Assembly (NCBI GenBank): GCA_002269645.1
Contig: NIVC01001776.1
Coordinates: forward strand, 275,990 to 339,989
Source of the DNA: Macrostomum lignano
Taxonomy: Eukaryota
DNA: 64,000 nt
Reading direction: 5' to 3'
Below, in pieces: positions 1 to 16,930 of this stretch. Below the pieces are notes generated by a model that was not told where the DNA came from, ran no database searches, and worked only from the letters and a program-made list of their open reading frames with translations. Position numbers and translations under genes: made by a program. The first letter of the stretch is position 1, and every line of letters begins with the position of its first letter.

Positions 1-3000
1 CCTCCACCGAAGCCGTAGTCCGAATCTCTGGCCACTTAGAGTGCAGATCAATGGCAACGATTGCAAATCGGCTGCTGGCCGGCGCTTCGTGGATCTCGCC
101 GAAGATGTCCAGCTGAATCGTGTGCCACGGCTCTTTGGGCCACTCGGTCGTCTGCGCTGGAGCAGCGGGTCGCTTCCACTTCTCCGCCAGGCAGCAGCTG
201 ACGCAGGACTTGGCCAGATCCTCCAGTTGGGCGTCGATTCCCGGCCACCAGACCGTATCGCGAGCTCGGTGCTTCATCTTGACGATGCCGCAATGTCCCT
301 GGTGGATCAGCGCTAGTGCAGTGGCGCGCAAACTCTCGGGCACGACCGCGCGGTTTTATGCGAACCAGGAAGTTGCCGACCGTTGAAATCTCGCCTCGGA
401 GCTTGAAAAAGATTTTCTCCTCATCTGTTGGCGGCTCCTTCCAGTTGGCCTGCAGCTTTGCAGAAACGCTACGGATGAGCGGATCGGCCTGCGAGTGCTT
501 GTCCAGCAGCTCGGCCGATAGAATCCCGTCTAGCACCTGGTGGATGTCGGCCATCTCGTCGTCGTCATCGCCGTTGTCTGTCGACTCAGGTGGTCGCTCG
601 AAACGGGACAGGAAGTCTGGCACAACGTTGTCCTTTCCAGGCTTATACTCGACGTTGAAGTTGTACTGCAGGAGCCGGTCGTTTCATCGGTGGATGCGCA
701 GCGGCTTGTGCCCGGTGCCTTGGGTACACAGCAGTGCCTTGAGAGCCGAATGGTCAGTGCGCAAAGTCAGCCGTCTGCCGTAGGTGTGGATGTGGCAGCG
801 CTCGAGAGCCCAGATGCACACCAGGGCCTCTTTCTCGCTAGCTGAGTATCTGGACTCCGTTGGCGTCAGTGCTCGCGAGGCTTAGGCCACCGGCTTCTCT
901 GACTCGCCTACGCCTACGCGTTGAAGCAGCACCGCGCCAAGCGCGAAGTCAGACGCGTCGCACTCAACGATGGTGTCAGCGTTGCAGTCGAAGTGGCTTA
1001 GCACCGGCGGACTCGTCAGCTGTTGCTTGAGCTCGGCGAAAGCAGCGTCGCACTCGCTCGTCCAGTGGAAGACGGTGTCCTTCTTGAGCAGCTCTCGCAA
1101 TGGTCTCGCTGTCTTGGCGAAGTCGTATATGAACTTGGCGAAGTAGTTGACGGTTTCCAGGATTCCCCCAGGAATGAGGAGACGCCCCGTGCTGTCGTCG
1201 GTGCCGGGATGCGGAGCACGTCTTCGATGTTAGACTTGGACGGTCGAACTCCATCGGCTGAGATCCTGCAGCCCAAGAACACGATCTCCGGGACGCCGAT
1301 CTGGCATATCTCCTTGTTCAGCGTCAGCCCGTTTTCGTTGAGACGTTCGAGAACTGCCTGAAGCCGCTTGCCGTGCTCGTCCGAGTTGACGCCGTGAATG
1401 ACGATGTCATCCACTGAGTGCCGGACACCCTTGATGTCGGCCAGAACGGTTGACAGGATTTTCTGGAAACAGGCGCCGGAACTGGACATGCTGAACGGGA
1501 CCCTCGTGAACTGGTAGAGCCCGCAGTGAGTGATGAAAGCGGTCAGCTGCCTACTGCCGGGGTGCAGCGGGATCTGCAGGAAGCTTTGCTTCAGGTCCAG
1601 CTTGCTGAAGATCTGCGCGCCTGCAAACTCTGCGGCCAGCTCCTTCTGGGTCGGCCCGGGAAAATTATCCGGGTTGATCGCTTGGTTGCAGTTGCGCAGA
1701 TCAACACACAGTCGCAGGTCGCCATTCTTCTTCTTGAATACGACTAGATTGGACACCCAGGGAGAGGCATCGATCTTCTCGATGACACCTGCGGTTTCCA
1801 TCTTGCTTATCTCGTCCTTCACGCGGTCCTGAAGTGCTAGCGGCACCCGGAGCAGCGGCTCAACCATCGGTGTCGCATCCTGGCGCAGCTGTGGTCGATG
1901 GCAAAACTTCTTGGCCATACCGATACCGTCGAAGATTCCCGGGAACTCTCCAGCGATATCATCGATGCTTCTGATTGCGTTGACTCGGATTGAGAATCCC
2001 AGCTTGTCCATTCCGTCCAGACCGAGGATGTTGGCACCTCGTCGTGCGATGAAGAAGCGGCAAATGGCGGACTTGCCGCGGTGCACAACGCACAGCTGTG
2101 CGGTCCGAGCACGTCAATTGCAGAGCCTGTGTACGAGAACAGCTGCTTTGGAGTCGGCGTGATGACCGGTTGCTTCGGCAGGCGTTTCACAGTCTTCTCG
2201 TTGATGATGTTGACTCTTGAGCCCGTGTCCAATAGGAGCCTGACGTCGATGTCAGCAATGCTGCACGTCGCAAGTTAAGGAGCGACGCTTCATATTCTAC
2301 TGCAGATACTTCGAATGGCTCGTCGTCTTCGTCCTTTATGGTTCGAACCTGGCGTCGCTGTCGGCAGCAAGCTTTGAAGTGTCCGACCTTGTGGCAGTGC
2401 AAGCAGGTCTTGTCCTGCGCTGGATACTCTAAGGCGCAGGCGGCGTGCCCGGCCCTCCCGCAGTTGCCGCATCGTGTCTCTGCGCCGGATTTCTGCGATG
2501 CCGCATGCTTGGATCTCTTGCGTGATGGTGTACGCTGGCTGACCTTCTGAATGCGGGACTCGTCGTTGTCGCTCTTGCCGTCGCGCAGCTTCTTGGCGTC
2601 GTTGATTGCAGATTCGACCTGAACCGCCAATGCCATCGCCCTATCCAGCTCGAGCTCCTTTATCCAAGAGCAGTCGCTCTCGAATGCGCGGAGAATGGGT
2701 CTTCTCGATCTGGTCCCGGATCATCTGGTCACGAAAAGCGCCGTATTCGCAGTCTGCCGCAACGAACTGGCTGACTGGCTCGCCTGGCATCTGGGCGCGC
2801 GACTTGAACTTGTAGCGGTTGCTGATTGTGCTGTGCGACTGACCGAAGATCGTTTTCAGTGCAGCCACCAGCTTGTCAAACGTATCAACGCTCGTTGTGG
2901 GCAGATTCCTCAGCGCGTAGACTCTCTGGCTTCCTCGCCTAGCAGATGAACGAGAATCGCCTTCCTTTAGGTCCAAGGCCTCCAGGTAAATCTTGAATCC

Positions 3001-3087
3001 TTCGATCCAACGATTCCAAGGCGTGTGTGGCTGTCCTGGGTGGGCGAGAAACACGCGTGGCTCGGAAATGCGCAGACTCGTCGCCAT
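1..3087 (-). pseudogene. gag-pol pseudogene of the Gypsy element
   Basis: Split over several frames (ORFs 2641-3180, 2187-2636, 1837-2232, 1016-2086, 882-1100, 48-623). There is an in-frame TGA at 684-686 in RNase H (LRIHR*NDRLL), and the RT catalytic motif reads SVDD instead of YxDD. Confidence 0.88.
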
Positions 3088-3223
3088 GTTGTACTTTGAG
3101 GCAGCGTGGCCGAATGAATAAGATGCGAGAAGCGATTGCAGGGTAGAAAAATCACAAAGGCTTGGAAGGCCGGTGCGCACTTATATTATAATTAAACTAC
3201 TAACCAGCGTGATTCAGCAAACA
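3077..3223 (-). promoter_or_regulatory. primer-binding site (3086-3077) and putative short 5' LTR (~3223-3087)
   Basis: Minus strand reads ...GTACAACA|TGGCGACGAG. TGGCGACGAG complements the 3' end of eukaryotic tRNA-Ser(GCU) (...CUCGUCGCCA) and directly follows a CA LTR end. The LTR start at TGTT (3223) is a guess because the second LTR is outside the window. Confidence 0.55.
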
Positions 3224-3339
3224 TCAACCCCCCCCCCCCACCCGGCCTAGGCCGGTCTGGGCAGACAGACAAACCCCCCAGCCAATCAGATCGCGAGAAC
3301 TCTAGGCGGCGTGCGAGCCGCATACACAACAAAATAGAC

Positions 3340-3611
<272 letters not shown>

Positions 3612-3615
3612 GCAC

Positions 3616-7681
<4,066 letters not shown>

Positions 7682-8276
7682 TGGCTGACGCGGCGAGTGC
7701 ACGCCGCACCAGCGCTTTTTAAGCACCAATTGGGAGTGAAATTCCGAATACTGCAGATTTGCATTAGCTGGGAAATGTGGGAAATGTCAAATCTAGCAAG
7801 CCTAAATATAAGGATACTGGATCCTAATCCTAATGCGCAAATTGCCACAACTTCGAACAAATGTTTTATAGTCCTGGCAGTAAAAATACTATAAAATGTC
7901 TATATTTCTACTAGCAGTAGCTGACGCGCAAATGTGCTTCAAAATGATTTCATAGTTTTCACTTATGAAATGTATGATGGACACTTAATCTAAGGGTTGA
8001 TAATTATTTAAAAGTAAAAATAATATCGAAAAAATTTATGCAAATAAAATCAGTTTGCACCGATTGCTGTTATATTCATTTTCAATCAAAAATGGTGTTC
8101 AAATAAAGTAAAATCAAAAGTCTGTTAGTAAAAAATTACTAAAACTTGTAAAATTGTTACCGTGATTAGGCGCAAATAAACAAATTGACCGGGAAATCGC
8201 CAAATAATTCTAAGCTCATTCACGGAATGATTCAAAGAGAATTTGTTCAAATTGCTCAGTCAAAGTCACGTGACTA

Positions 8277-10379
8277 TCAAGTGACCAGCAGGTCGCTCAG
8301 TCGCCCACCGCAGTCCGCCAACAGTTGGCGCGCCTCGGAGACGCTCAGCTCGGGTCGGCGAAGCAGCAGCACCGCTCCAGCCACCGGGGACACCGTCTTA
8401 GACGACATCTGTCCAGCGGGTGGTTCGCCGAACCTCGTCAGAGCGGCGCGAGCTTCGGTCAGTCCCACGCCAGCTGCGGAAGCGACAAGCCGAGCCGCTC
8501 TGTCGGCCAACTTGCTGTTGGAGGGCTGCAGGCAGACCATGCGATTGCCGAACGTCTTGCCGGCTCGAACGAAACCACCCGTTGATAGGCGATTAAGCGT
8601 CAGCTTGGTTGCTATGACACCGGCATAGTCTAGCCAGAGTGGATCGTTTGGTAGCCAGGAGAGATCCAAAGTCAGATCGGCATTGTAGACGATAGCGCTG
8701 AGCTGGTTGCTAGGCAACCGTAAGGCTACGCTGCGGCTGACTCGGGCTGGAATGTCTAATCGGAGAGTTGGACTTGTCAGAGCAAAGCCGATAGCGTCCG
8801 TAGCAACTGCCTTCTCAGTATTCACCGGTTCAGCTAACGTTTCGGCTTCCTTAGCAACCATAGCTGCGTCTCTAGCAACCAATGGAATAGCGGCCAGAAA
8901 CTCTTCAACGTGACTGTCGCCAATTGCGCGAACGTCGCCGGCCGAGGCGCCGAAAGTTGGCGGACACTCGGAGGCGTCGATGGCGGCCATGGCGGAGCTG
9001 AGGGCATTGTCGAAAGCGTAGACAACGCCGTCACCATTGACGCCGACACTGTCGCCAAAGTGCGCCATCCAGTCGTTCAAAACTGCGCCGCCTTCTTTCA
9101 CAGATTCCAACAGCCGGTCCAGCAGGTCCAAATGCTCAGAAATCGATAGCCAGCCCCTAGCAACCGAGTGATCAGCTGACGGCTCGAGATTAGCCAGCAT
9201 TCTGCCGACAGCGTGGAACAGCAGGATCAAAGTCGCCGTGCCGCCTTTCATCCGACTCGAACCTGCGATCGCCTCGGCCTGCGCGGATGCGGATGTACTA
9301 ATCAAATGTACTTTTATTTTTTGAAGGCGCACGAACAAAACTAGACAAAAGTACGATTGTAGGCAGGACGAAATTCTAAATTTTGTACTTTACATGTGTA
9401 CTTTTATAAACCATAGCATAAGTGCGCACGCGCCCTTTATATAGAAGCATTAGATATTTGATATTTAAAGGGACATTTGAATGACAAAATTTTACTTGTA
9501 GGACCCTCGTAACATTAAGTTTAGATGCACTTTTTATAAGCTACTTTTTATGGTCTTTCATGAGTCAGTATAAACCCATTAAAAGTGAATTTTCAGATAA
9601 AGGTGCCTATTCAAAAGTGCAAATGTACGCTAAGGCGTAATCTCACTTGCGTTCAAACTTGAGTACACCTTGCACTTTTTAAGTACTTTTAATAATCTTT
9701 CCCTCACACCAATAGACGGATTAATTAGCAATCCCCGGTCGACATTGTCGGCCTCCGCCAGTCGTTTAGCAACCGCGCGACACCCGCCCGGCCAGGGCAG
9801 TCCGTCGACTCGATCGGCGCGCACGTCGCCAACTTGGTTGAAGCCGATCAGAGCGGGATAGGCGCCCAGGTCTGGCCGGCCGAGGCACAAGCCGACCTGG
9901 CCGAGCACGAACGGGGCGGACAGGCCGCAGCTGACACCGACTAGAAGCGATTTGCTGCTTTTGTCCTTGTTCCCTAGCAACGCAAGCAATTCCGCGACGC
10001 CCTCTCCTGCGGCGTCCTCGGCCGGTTCGACCGACGCGGCGAAAGCCGACCGACCGCCGGCCAGGCACGGCCGAAATGCGGCCGGCAATTGACGCAGTCG
10101 AAGTTGCCGATTGGCCACGGCGCAGCACAAAGTCGCCAGCCGGCCGCTGGTGCCGCAGCCGGACAGGACGACAACGCCATCGGAAGCGACAGTGTCGGCC
10201 ATAACGCCGGCCAGCCGGTCGAGCTGGACATCCAACAGGACAGCCTGTTGGCGCAAGTCGGCCAGCAGCAGCTGATCGACCTGGTGCAGCAGTCCGGCCG
10301 GGTCCGGGCTGCGATCGATGTCGGTAGTCAGCGGGTTGGACCGCTCCGTCTCCGGCAGGCTAAACTCGGACAATTCCTG
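8277..10379 (-). CDS. GCKR: glucokinase regulatory protein homologue (double SIS, MurQ-like); first coding exon not located
   Basis: Exons ~10379-9708 and 9278-8277 join in phase 0 (NPSIG|AEAIAGSSRMKGGTAT). Motifs match GKRP/MurQ: PETERSNPLTTDID, VVLSGCGTSGR, VEPAED, GVSCGLSAPFVLGQ, IGFN, DASECPPTFG, GKTFGNRMVCLQPSNSKLADRA. Confidence 0.87.
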
Positions 10380-11834
10380 CTGAAAAGTGCACGAGTACTT
10401 TAACCGTACCTTTAGCGTATACTTGTGCTTAGTGCTAATGTACTTGAATTTTAGGTACACACGCACTCATGTATTTGGTGCAGGTTATGTACGCGTATTT
10501 AATTAGTGCTTGCGTACTTGATCAATTGTACTAAAAAGTGCACGCGTACTAAAAAAGTGCACGCGTACTTTTTAACTTAACGTGTTTTTTTAGAGTCCGC
10601 CTACTTGTAAGCGTACTTTCACTGCTAGCCTATATTCTAAGAAGCATTAATAATTGTATTGGTAAATATTTTAACTTCAAAAAATGACTAATAACCAAGG
10701 ACACTTTGGATTTTTGCTTTTTTCAGTAGCCAGTAAGAAATGACCAGGCATCCGTGCGAATTTTATTTTTCATGAATAGAATGATATATAATAATATGAA
10801 TAACAAAAAGCACTAAACAGAATGTGCTAATTTAATGAATAATTTTAACATTTAATGCGGCAGGCACGGTACATAGCTGGAAACGGGGAACAAAGACGAC
10901 TAAGCGCTGCTAGTTAAAGCAAGCACAGAGAGACAGTAGTAGAGCAGTAGTATGATTGCATTATTGCAGCAAATTGCTTTTTTTCTAATTATTCTATATA
11001 GGGATATAATAATAATTGTGAACATTAGCTCACACAATATCCACGTATCACATTATTTTCAGGTAGAATAACATCTGTACACACAATGGCAACAAAAATG
11101 CTAGAATTTTGTGCTGAAGAAAAATTTCTAACTATCCCTACTAGTATAAGTAGGAGATATGCACACTATTTTGGTAGAAGAATGCATAATAATAAAATTA
11201 AACCAATCGAATGCTTGATGAAGCATTGTAAATAAAGCAATTTTTATCTATTATAAATATTTAAAACAATACAATATTTATAACTAAAATCCAACAAAAT
11301 CCTGACAGAACAGTCTTAGAAAAAAAATTATTCATTAAAACAAAATGAGTTAATTTTTATACATATAGAACATTGATAACGGATGAACAAACGAAATGAT
11401 GAAAAGATGACCACAACGCATGTATTACTAACAGTAGCTTTGTAATAATAGGCTAGCAGTAGTAGCAATTGTATTCAATTTCAAGATAAAAATTATAACA
11501 AAACGCGATATATAAATGTACATACTACTGTTAGTATGTATAAATAATAATATAATAACAAGAATGCCGCATATAGTTATTAAAAAGGATTAGTCCATGC
11601 AGATTAACTATTGCAATATTGAGGGAATCAAACCGCAAGGCTAAAATGAAAGTAAAAAACGCAAAAGTAAAGTATTAACAAAGGATGCTAACTTTTTCAA
11701 ATTTTGAATTTGAATTTTGCTATAAACAGGTAAACGGCCGGAGTAAATTTGATTCAATTTCTGCCTCGTCATCTAATTAGTAACTAAAACTCAAACTAAA
11801 ATTAGCTCTAAAAGCCAGTAAATAAATAAACTAA

Positions 11835-14800
11835 TTAATTAGCCGCCTCTCTGGCAACAGTTTGAGCAGCGGCGGCAGCTGCTCGCTTCTCGGCGTTCCT
11901 GACGGCGGCATCCGCAGTCGGCGGCGGCTGCATAGAGCAGGGAATGTGACGCCTATGATGAAGCAGCAGTTTGTCCTTGCGGGAGAACACCATGCCGCAC
12001 TGGCCGCAGGAGTGAATCGGCTTCTGATTCGAATGGGCCAATCGTTTGTGCCGACGCATTGAGCTCAGGTGGGTGAACACGCGCTGGCAGACGTCGCAGC
12101 ACCACAGTTCAACGATGCGGCCGTGCACTAGCAGGGTGTGCTCTTGAAGGCTGAACGTGCTAGCGAATCTTGTGCGACACTCGGCGCAGCACAGCTCCTC
12201 TCTGGTGCCGTGCGCCCTCGACTGGTGATGGTTGAGCGCCTTGGCGCTGCCAAATACCATCTCGCATTTGTCGCATTTCATGTGCCTGCCTGCGGGGTTG
12301 GAGAGGTGCGAATGGGCAGTCAATGGGGTTAGTATGAGCTTGGGTTGCTCTGGTACAGGGTTAGGGTTGCTCTGGTACAGGGTTAGGGTTGCTCTGGTAC
12401 AGGGTTAGGGTTGCTCTGGTACAGGGTTATAATTGCTCTGGTACAGGGTCACGGTTGCTCTGGTAGAGGGTAGGGTTGCTCTGGTACAGGTTTAGGGTTG
12501 CTCTGGTACAGGGTTAGGGTTGCTCTGGTACAGGGTCACGGTTGCTCTGGTACAGGTTTAGGGTTGCTCTGGTACAGGGTTAGGGTTGCTTTGGTACAAG
12601 GGTTAGGGTTGCTCTGGTACAGGGTTAGGGTTGCTCTGGTACAGGGTTAGGGTTGCTCTGGTACAGGGTTAGGGTTGCTCTGGTACAGGGTTAGGGTTGC
12701 TCTGGTACAGGGTTAGGGTTGCTCTGGTACATGTTTAGGGTTGCTCTGGTACAGGGTTAAGGTTGCTCTGGTACATGTTTAGGGTTGCTCTGGTACAGGG
12801 TTAGGGTTGCTCTGGTACAGGGTTAGGGTTGCTCTGGTACATGTTTAGGGTTGCTCTGGTACAGGGTTAGGGTTGCTCTGGTACAGGGTTAGGGTTGCTC
12901 TGGTACAGGGTTAGGGTTGCTCTGGTACAGGGTTAGGGTTGCTCTGGTACATGTTTAGGGTTGCTCTGGTACAGGGTTAGGGTTGCTCTGGTACAGGGTT
13001 AGGGTTGCTCTGGTACAGGGTTAGGGTTGCTCTGGTACAGGGTTAGGGTTGCTCTGGTACAGGGTTAGGGTTGCTCTGGTACAGGGTTAGGGTTGCTCTG
13101 GTACAGGGTTAGGGTTGCTCTGGTACATGTTTAGGGTTGCTCTGGTACAGGGTTAGGGTTGCTCTGGTACATGTTTAGGGTTGCTCTGGTACAGGGTTAG
13201 GGTTGCTCTGGTACAGGGTTAGGGTTGCTCTGGTACAGGTAAAGTTTGGTCTAGTACAAGTACAAATAGGAGCTATAGATTAAACTTTGAGTAGTGTTAT
13301 GCTAGACAAGGAAGATCACAGATCCCGCTAGCCACTGCTCACCACTCGCCGCGTACAGTACACTGTCCTCAGCTAGCAGACTGCTGCTCGAATCATCCAT
13401 TGGTGAAGCTAACGACGCCAGCTGCGGCAGCGGAGGCCGACGAGTCGAATGCCTCGATGTCGACGTCGATGAAGATGACGCCGCTGCCTGTGTAGTCGCC
13501 GGCAATGGCCGAGAGGAATATCGTAGCAGCGGCGGCACAGTCAGCGGCGTCGATCCGTCGACGGAATCGGCCAACAGCGAAGTCTTGTGCGACACGGACA
13601 GAGTGTCGTCGGTCTCGATGTCGTCATCGTCGCCAAAGCCGATTCCCCCGGCGCCGCCGCCGCTGCCTTGGCCGGCGCCAAACGGGCCAACGGAGGCGGT
13701 GGTGGACGACTCAGCCTCATCGTCGGGCAGCTCAACAGGGTCGTTGTCGGCGTCCGCGGTGTCGGAATAGTCGATGGTGGCCGAGGATTGGGGCGGTGGA
13801 CCGTCGGGCACCAGCGTCAGCGTCTGCAACACAAATCGGTTGGCAATGATGACTAAGCTGACACAGTAACTGTAACAGTCTGACACAGTGATTGTAAGCC
13901 TGACACAGTGACTGTTACAGTCTGACACAGCCCACAATCCTCAGTCTGACACAGCCCACAATCCCCAGTCTGACACAGCCCACAATCTCCAGTCTGACAC
14001 AGCCCACAATCCCCAGTCGACACAGCCCACAATCCTCAGTCTGACACAGCCCACAATCCCCAGTCTCACATAGCCCACAATCCGCAGTCTGACACAGCCC
14101 ACAATCCGCAGTCTGACACAGCCCACAATCCCCAGTCTGACACAGCCCACAATCCCCAGTCTGACACAGCCCACAATCCCCAGTCTGACACAGCCCACAA
14201 TCCCCAGTCTGACACAGCCCACAATCTCCAGTCTGACACAGCCCACAATCCCCAGTCTGACACAGCCCACAATCCCCAGTCTGACACAGCCCACAATCCC
14301 CAGTCTGACACAGCCCACAATCCCCAGTCTGACACAGCCCACAATCCCCAGTCTGACACAGCCCACAATCCCCAGTCTGACACAGCCCACAATCCTCAGT
14401 CTGACACAGCCCACAATCCTCAGTCTGACACAGCCCACAATCCCCAGTCTGACACAGCCCACAATCCTCGGTCTGACACAGCCCACAATCCCCAGTCTGA
14501 CACAGCCCACAATCCCCAGTCTGACACAGCCCACAATCCCCAGTCTGACACAGCCCACAATCCCCAGTCTGACACAGCCCACAATCTCCAGTCTGACACA
14601 GCCCACAATCCTCAGTCTGACACAGCCCACAATCCCCAGTCTGACACAGCCCACAATCTCCAGTCTGACACAGCCCACAATCCCCAGTCTGACACAGCCC
14701 ACAATCCTCAGTCTGACACAGCCCACAATCCCCAGTCTGACACAGCCCACAATCCCCAGTCTGACACAGCCCACAATCCCCAGTCTGACACAGCCCACAA

Positions 14801-15722
14801 TCCCCAGTCTGACACAGCCCACAATCCCCAGTCTGACACAGCCCACAATCCCCAGTCTGACACAGCCCACAATCCCCAGTCTGACACAGCCCACAATCCC
14901 CAGTCTCACCAGCCCATGCGAAGGCAGCAAGCAGTCGGCAATCTCGGTCGACGAGTTCCGCATCGCCGCAGTGTCGCCAACTCCGACCGTCGCCATCGCA
15001 AAGTCTTCGTCTTCAACTTGATCGCTGACAGCAACGCCGTTGACGGAGCCGACGGTTAGGTCGCCAGTTCCCCGACGGTGATTCGAGACACCAGCCTCGT
15101 CAGCGCGACCGTCATCTTCCATGTCCCCAACTACGCAATCATCATCCTCCTCATCATCAAAATCGCCCAGACGAAGATTCCGCCGAGGCCGCCGATGTCG
15201 AAGGCTCAGACGTTGATGTTGAAGGCGAAGATTCTGTTGACAAGGCGCCGCGGCCACGCCAAGGTCCGGATCGCCCTCCGGCCGGGCCTGATCGTGATGA
15301 AGCCGAGGCTGAGTCCGCACACCGGAGCCGCTGCCAACGGTGACATTTTTCACATTGTGCTGAGTCTGATAGTGCTCAGACAGGCTCGGCTCAGTATTAT
15401 TAGTTTCGCTCAGGTCGTCTGAACAGGTGAAATCGCAGAATGCGCAAGCGCTAGTGACCAGCGCCTCGTTGCTAACAGTTGACCGGGATAGAATCTTCAC
15501 TGGCACCGGCTCCACATCCCTATGCCAAGCTCTGGCGTGCTCAACTAGCAGCGACTGATGGGTGCCAACCAGGCCGCAGGCCTCGCACTGGTAGAACACT
15601 ATCCCGGATGCCTGCCTGTGCGTGTGACAGTGCTCTAGCAGCCGGCTGACTGACAGGGTCAGGAATTGGCAGTGCGAACAGTGCAGCACTTGCACGTGGC
15701 AGGGGTCCAGGTTTAGTACCAT
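11835..15722 (-). CDS. C2H2 zinc-finger protein, 582 aa (3 N-terminal atypical + 4 C-terminal fingers)
   Basis: Exons 15722-14910, 13823-13343 and 12289-11835 are phase-consistent (0, then 1). Fingers: CSHC..HCHTH, CEAC..HARAWH, CAFC..HYQTQH; CDKC, CAEC, CDVC, CGQC with HxxxH/HxxxxH. The linker is acidic and Ser-rich. Confidence 0.85.
12339..13238. repeat. 22-bp minisatellite containing two telomeric hexamers, ZF intron 2
   Basis: About 41 copies of AGGGTTAGGGTTGCTCTGGTAC. Confidence 0.97.
13915..14906. repeat. 24-bp minisatellite, ZF intron 1
   Basis: About 41 copies of CAGTCTGACACAGCCCACAATCCC, starting at the donor (14909). Confidence 0.97.
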
Positions 15723-15854
15723 TATTTATTATTATCAATAAATCATGAAGCAAAAGTTCAGGCGACAGTTAATCATTACAGCAATCATTCATAAATGATT
15801 CAGAAAGGTTAATAGGATTGGGAACAAACACACAAATTAAAATATGGAGCACGA

Positions 15855-16030
15855 ACTTGCCAGCCAAGAAATGAAGAAAGTTGCCAGCTGAGAAAGTTGC
15901 CACCCAAGAAAGTTACCAGCCAAGAAAGTTGCCAGACAAGAGAGTTGCCAGCCAAGAGAGTTGCCAGCCAAGAGAGTTGCCAGCCAAAAGAGTTGCCAGC
16001 CAAGAAAGTTGCCAGCTGAGAAAGTTACTA
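15855..16030. repeat. 16-bp tandem repeat (AGAAAGTTGCCAGCCA)
   Basis: About 10 degenerate copies; an inverted relative lies at ~19470-19510. Confidence 0.8.
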
Positions 16031-16209
16031 GCAGAGAAAATTTGCAGCAAAGAATGTATCAGCTCAATTTCAGCAGCTGTGTAATTTTACAATTATTAAT
16101 CAATTATAAAAGCTTAAGTACATATAATATATTCATTTAATATTTAAAATAACAGGTATTTACAACAGCCTAATCTTATAAACAAATTAATTTCATTTAT
16201 TTTAGCTTC

Positions 16210-16245
16210 TATCATCTATCTATCTCTACCTATAAAAATCAAAAC

Positions 16246-16282
<37 letters not shown>

Positions 16283-16930
16283 GGACAAATTACTTCGCTA
16301 TGGACTCCCAAACCGCTTAACCAAATGACACCAAACTTTACACCCACCCTAAACTTACTACGGAGAATGTCTTAGGCTACCTTTTAATTTCCTAGACTCA
16401 AGTCTTCCTACCTAAAAGTGCAAAAAACTGCTTAAAACGCGCGATTTTTTCACTAAATCCTCCATAGCGCCGCTCCACTTTTACCGATTCTCTTCAAATT
16501 TGACACAGACAATCTTAAACTATTTTAGCACAATCGTGTAAAATTTCGAGTCTCAAAGTTAATCCTGAGCGGTGCTGTGCACTTTTAAAGTTAGGCTGCT
16601 TTTTTTCAGCGTAGCAACCACCCCAACCTCCGCCCGCCTGCCTCTCTTTCCCGATTCCGATCTGGGCCCAGATGTGTAAAATGGGTTTCAAAATCGACTA
16701 ACTTTCAGCTGCCATAAATTTGCTCCACGTGAAGCGATTGACTTTAAACTTGACACAATTATTCATTGACTCATTCTCTATCTAAATGTAAAGTTTCAAC
16801 TCTGTAACTCATTCAGAAAAGAAACTGTAAGCGTGTGAAGTTTGTCTGCTTTTTCTGTGTTTGTGCCACTCACTCACTCATTCCCCCAGCCCAGCCGAAG
16901 GATCAGGCGATAGGGCTGAATGTACATAGC
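16210..16930. mobile_element. possible non-autonomous Helitron-like repeat
   Basis: Starts TCTATCTATCTCTACCTATAAAAATC followed by (CTGT)n, as in microsatellite-carrying invertebrate Helitron derivatives, and has a CAGCCC...GGGCTG hairpin near 16890-16918. It has no coding sequence and the ends are uncertain. Confidence 0.35.

Larger units (their letters stand above)
1..3223 (-). mobile_element. Ty3/Gypsy LTR retrotransposon, Mag-like, degenerate; 3' part runs off the left edge
   Basis: Minus-strand order is gag (MATSLRISEPRVF...; knuckles CGNCGRAGH and YPAQDKTCLHCHKVGHFKAC), protease (LLDTGS), RT (LRLCVDLR, FSKLDLKQSF, RVPFSM, SVDD), RNase H (ECDASDFALGAVLLQ) and integrase (HCGIVKMKHRARDTVWWPG, IQLDIFG, SKWPE). 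This PR-RT-RH-IN order is Ty3/Gypsy. The left boundary lies outside the window and the right boundary is approximate. Confidence 0.92.

Noticed and set aside
13941-14909. (VRLGIVGC)n as part of the zinc-finger protein
   Set aside because: It lies between a phase-matched donor (14909) and acceptor (13824), so it is intronic.
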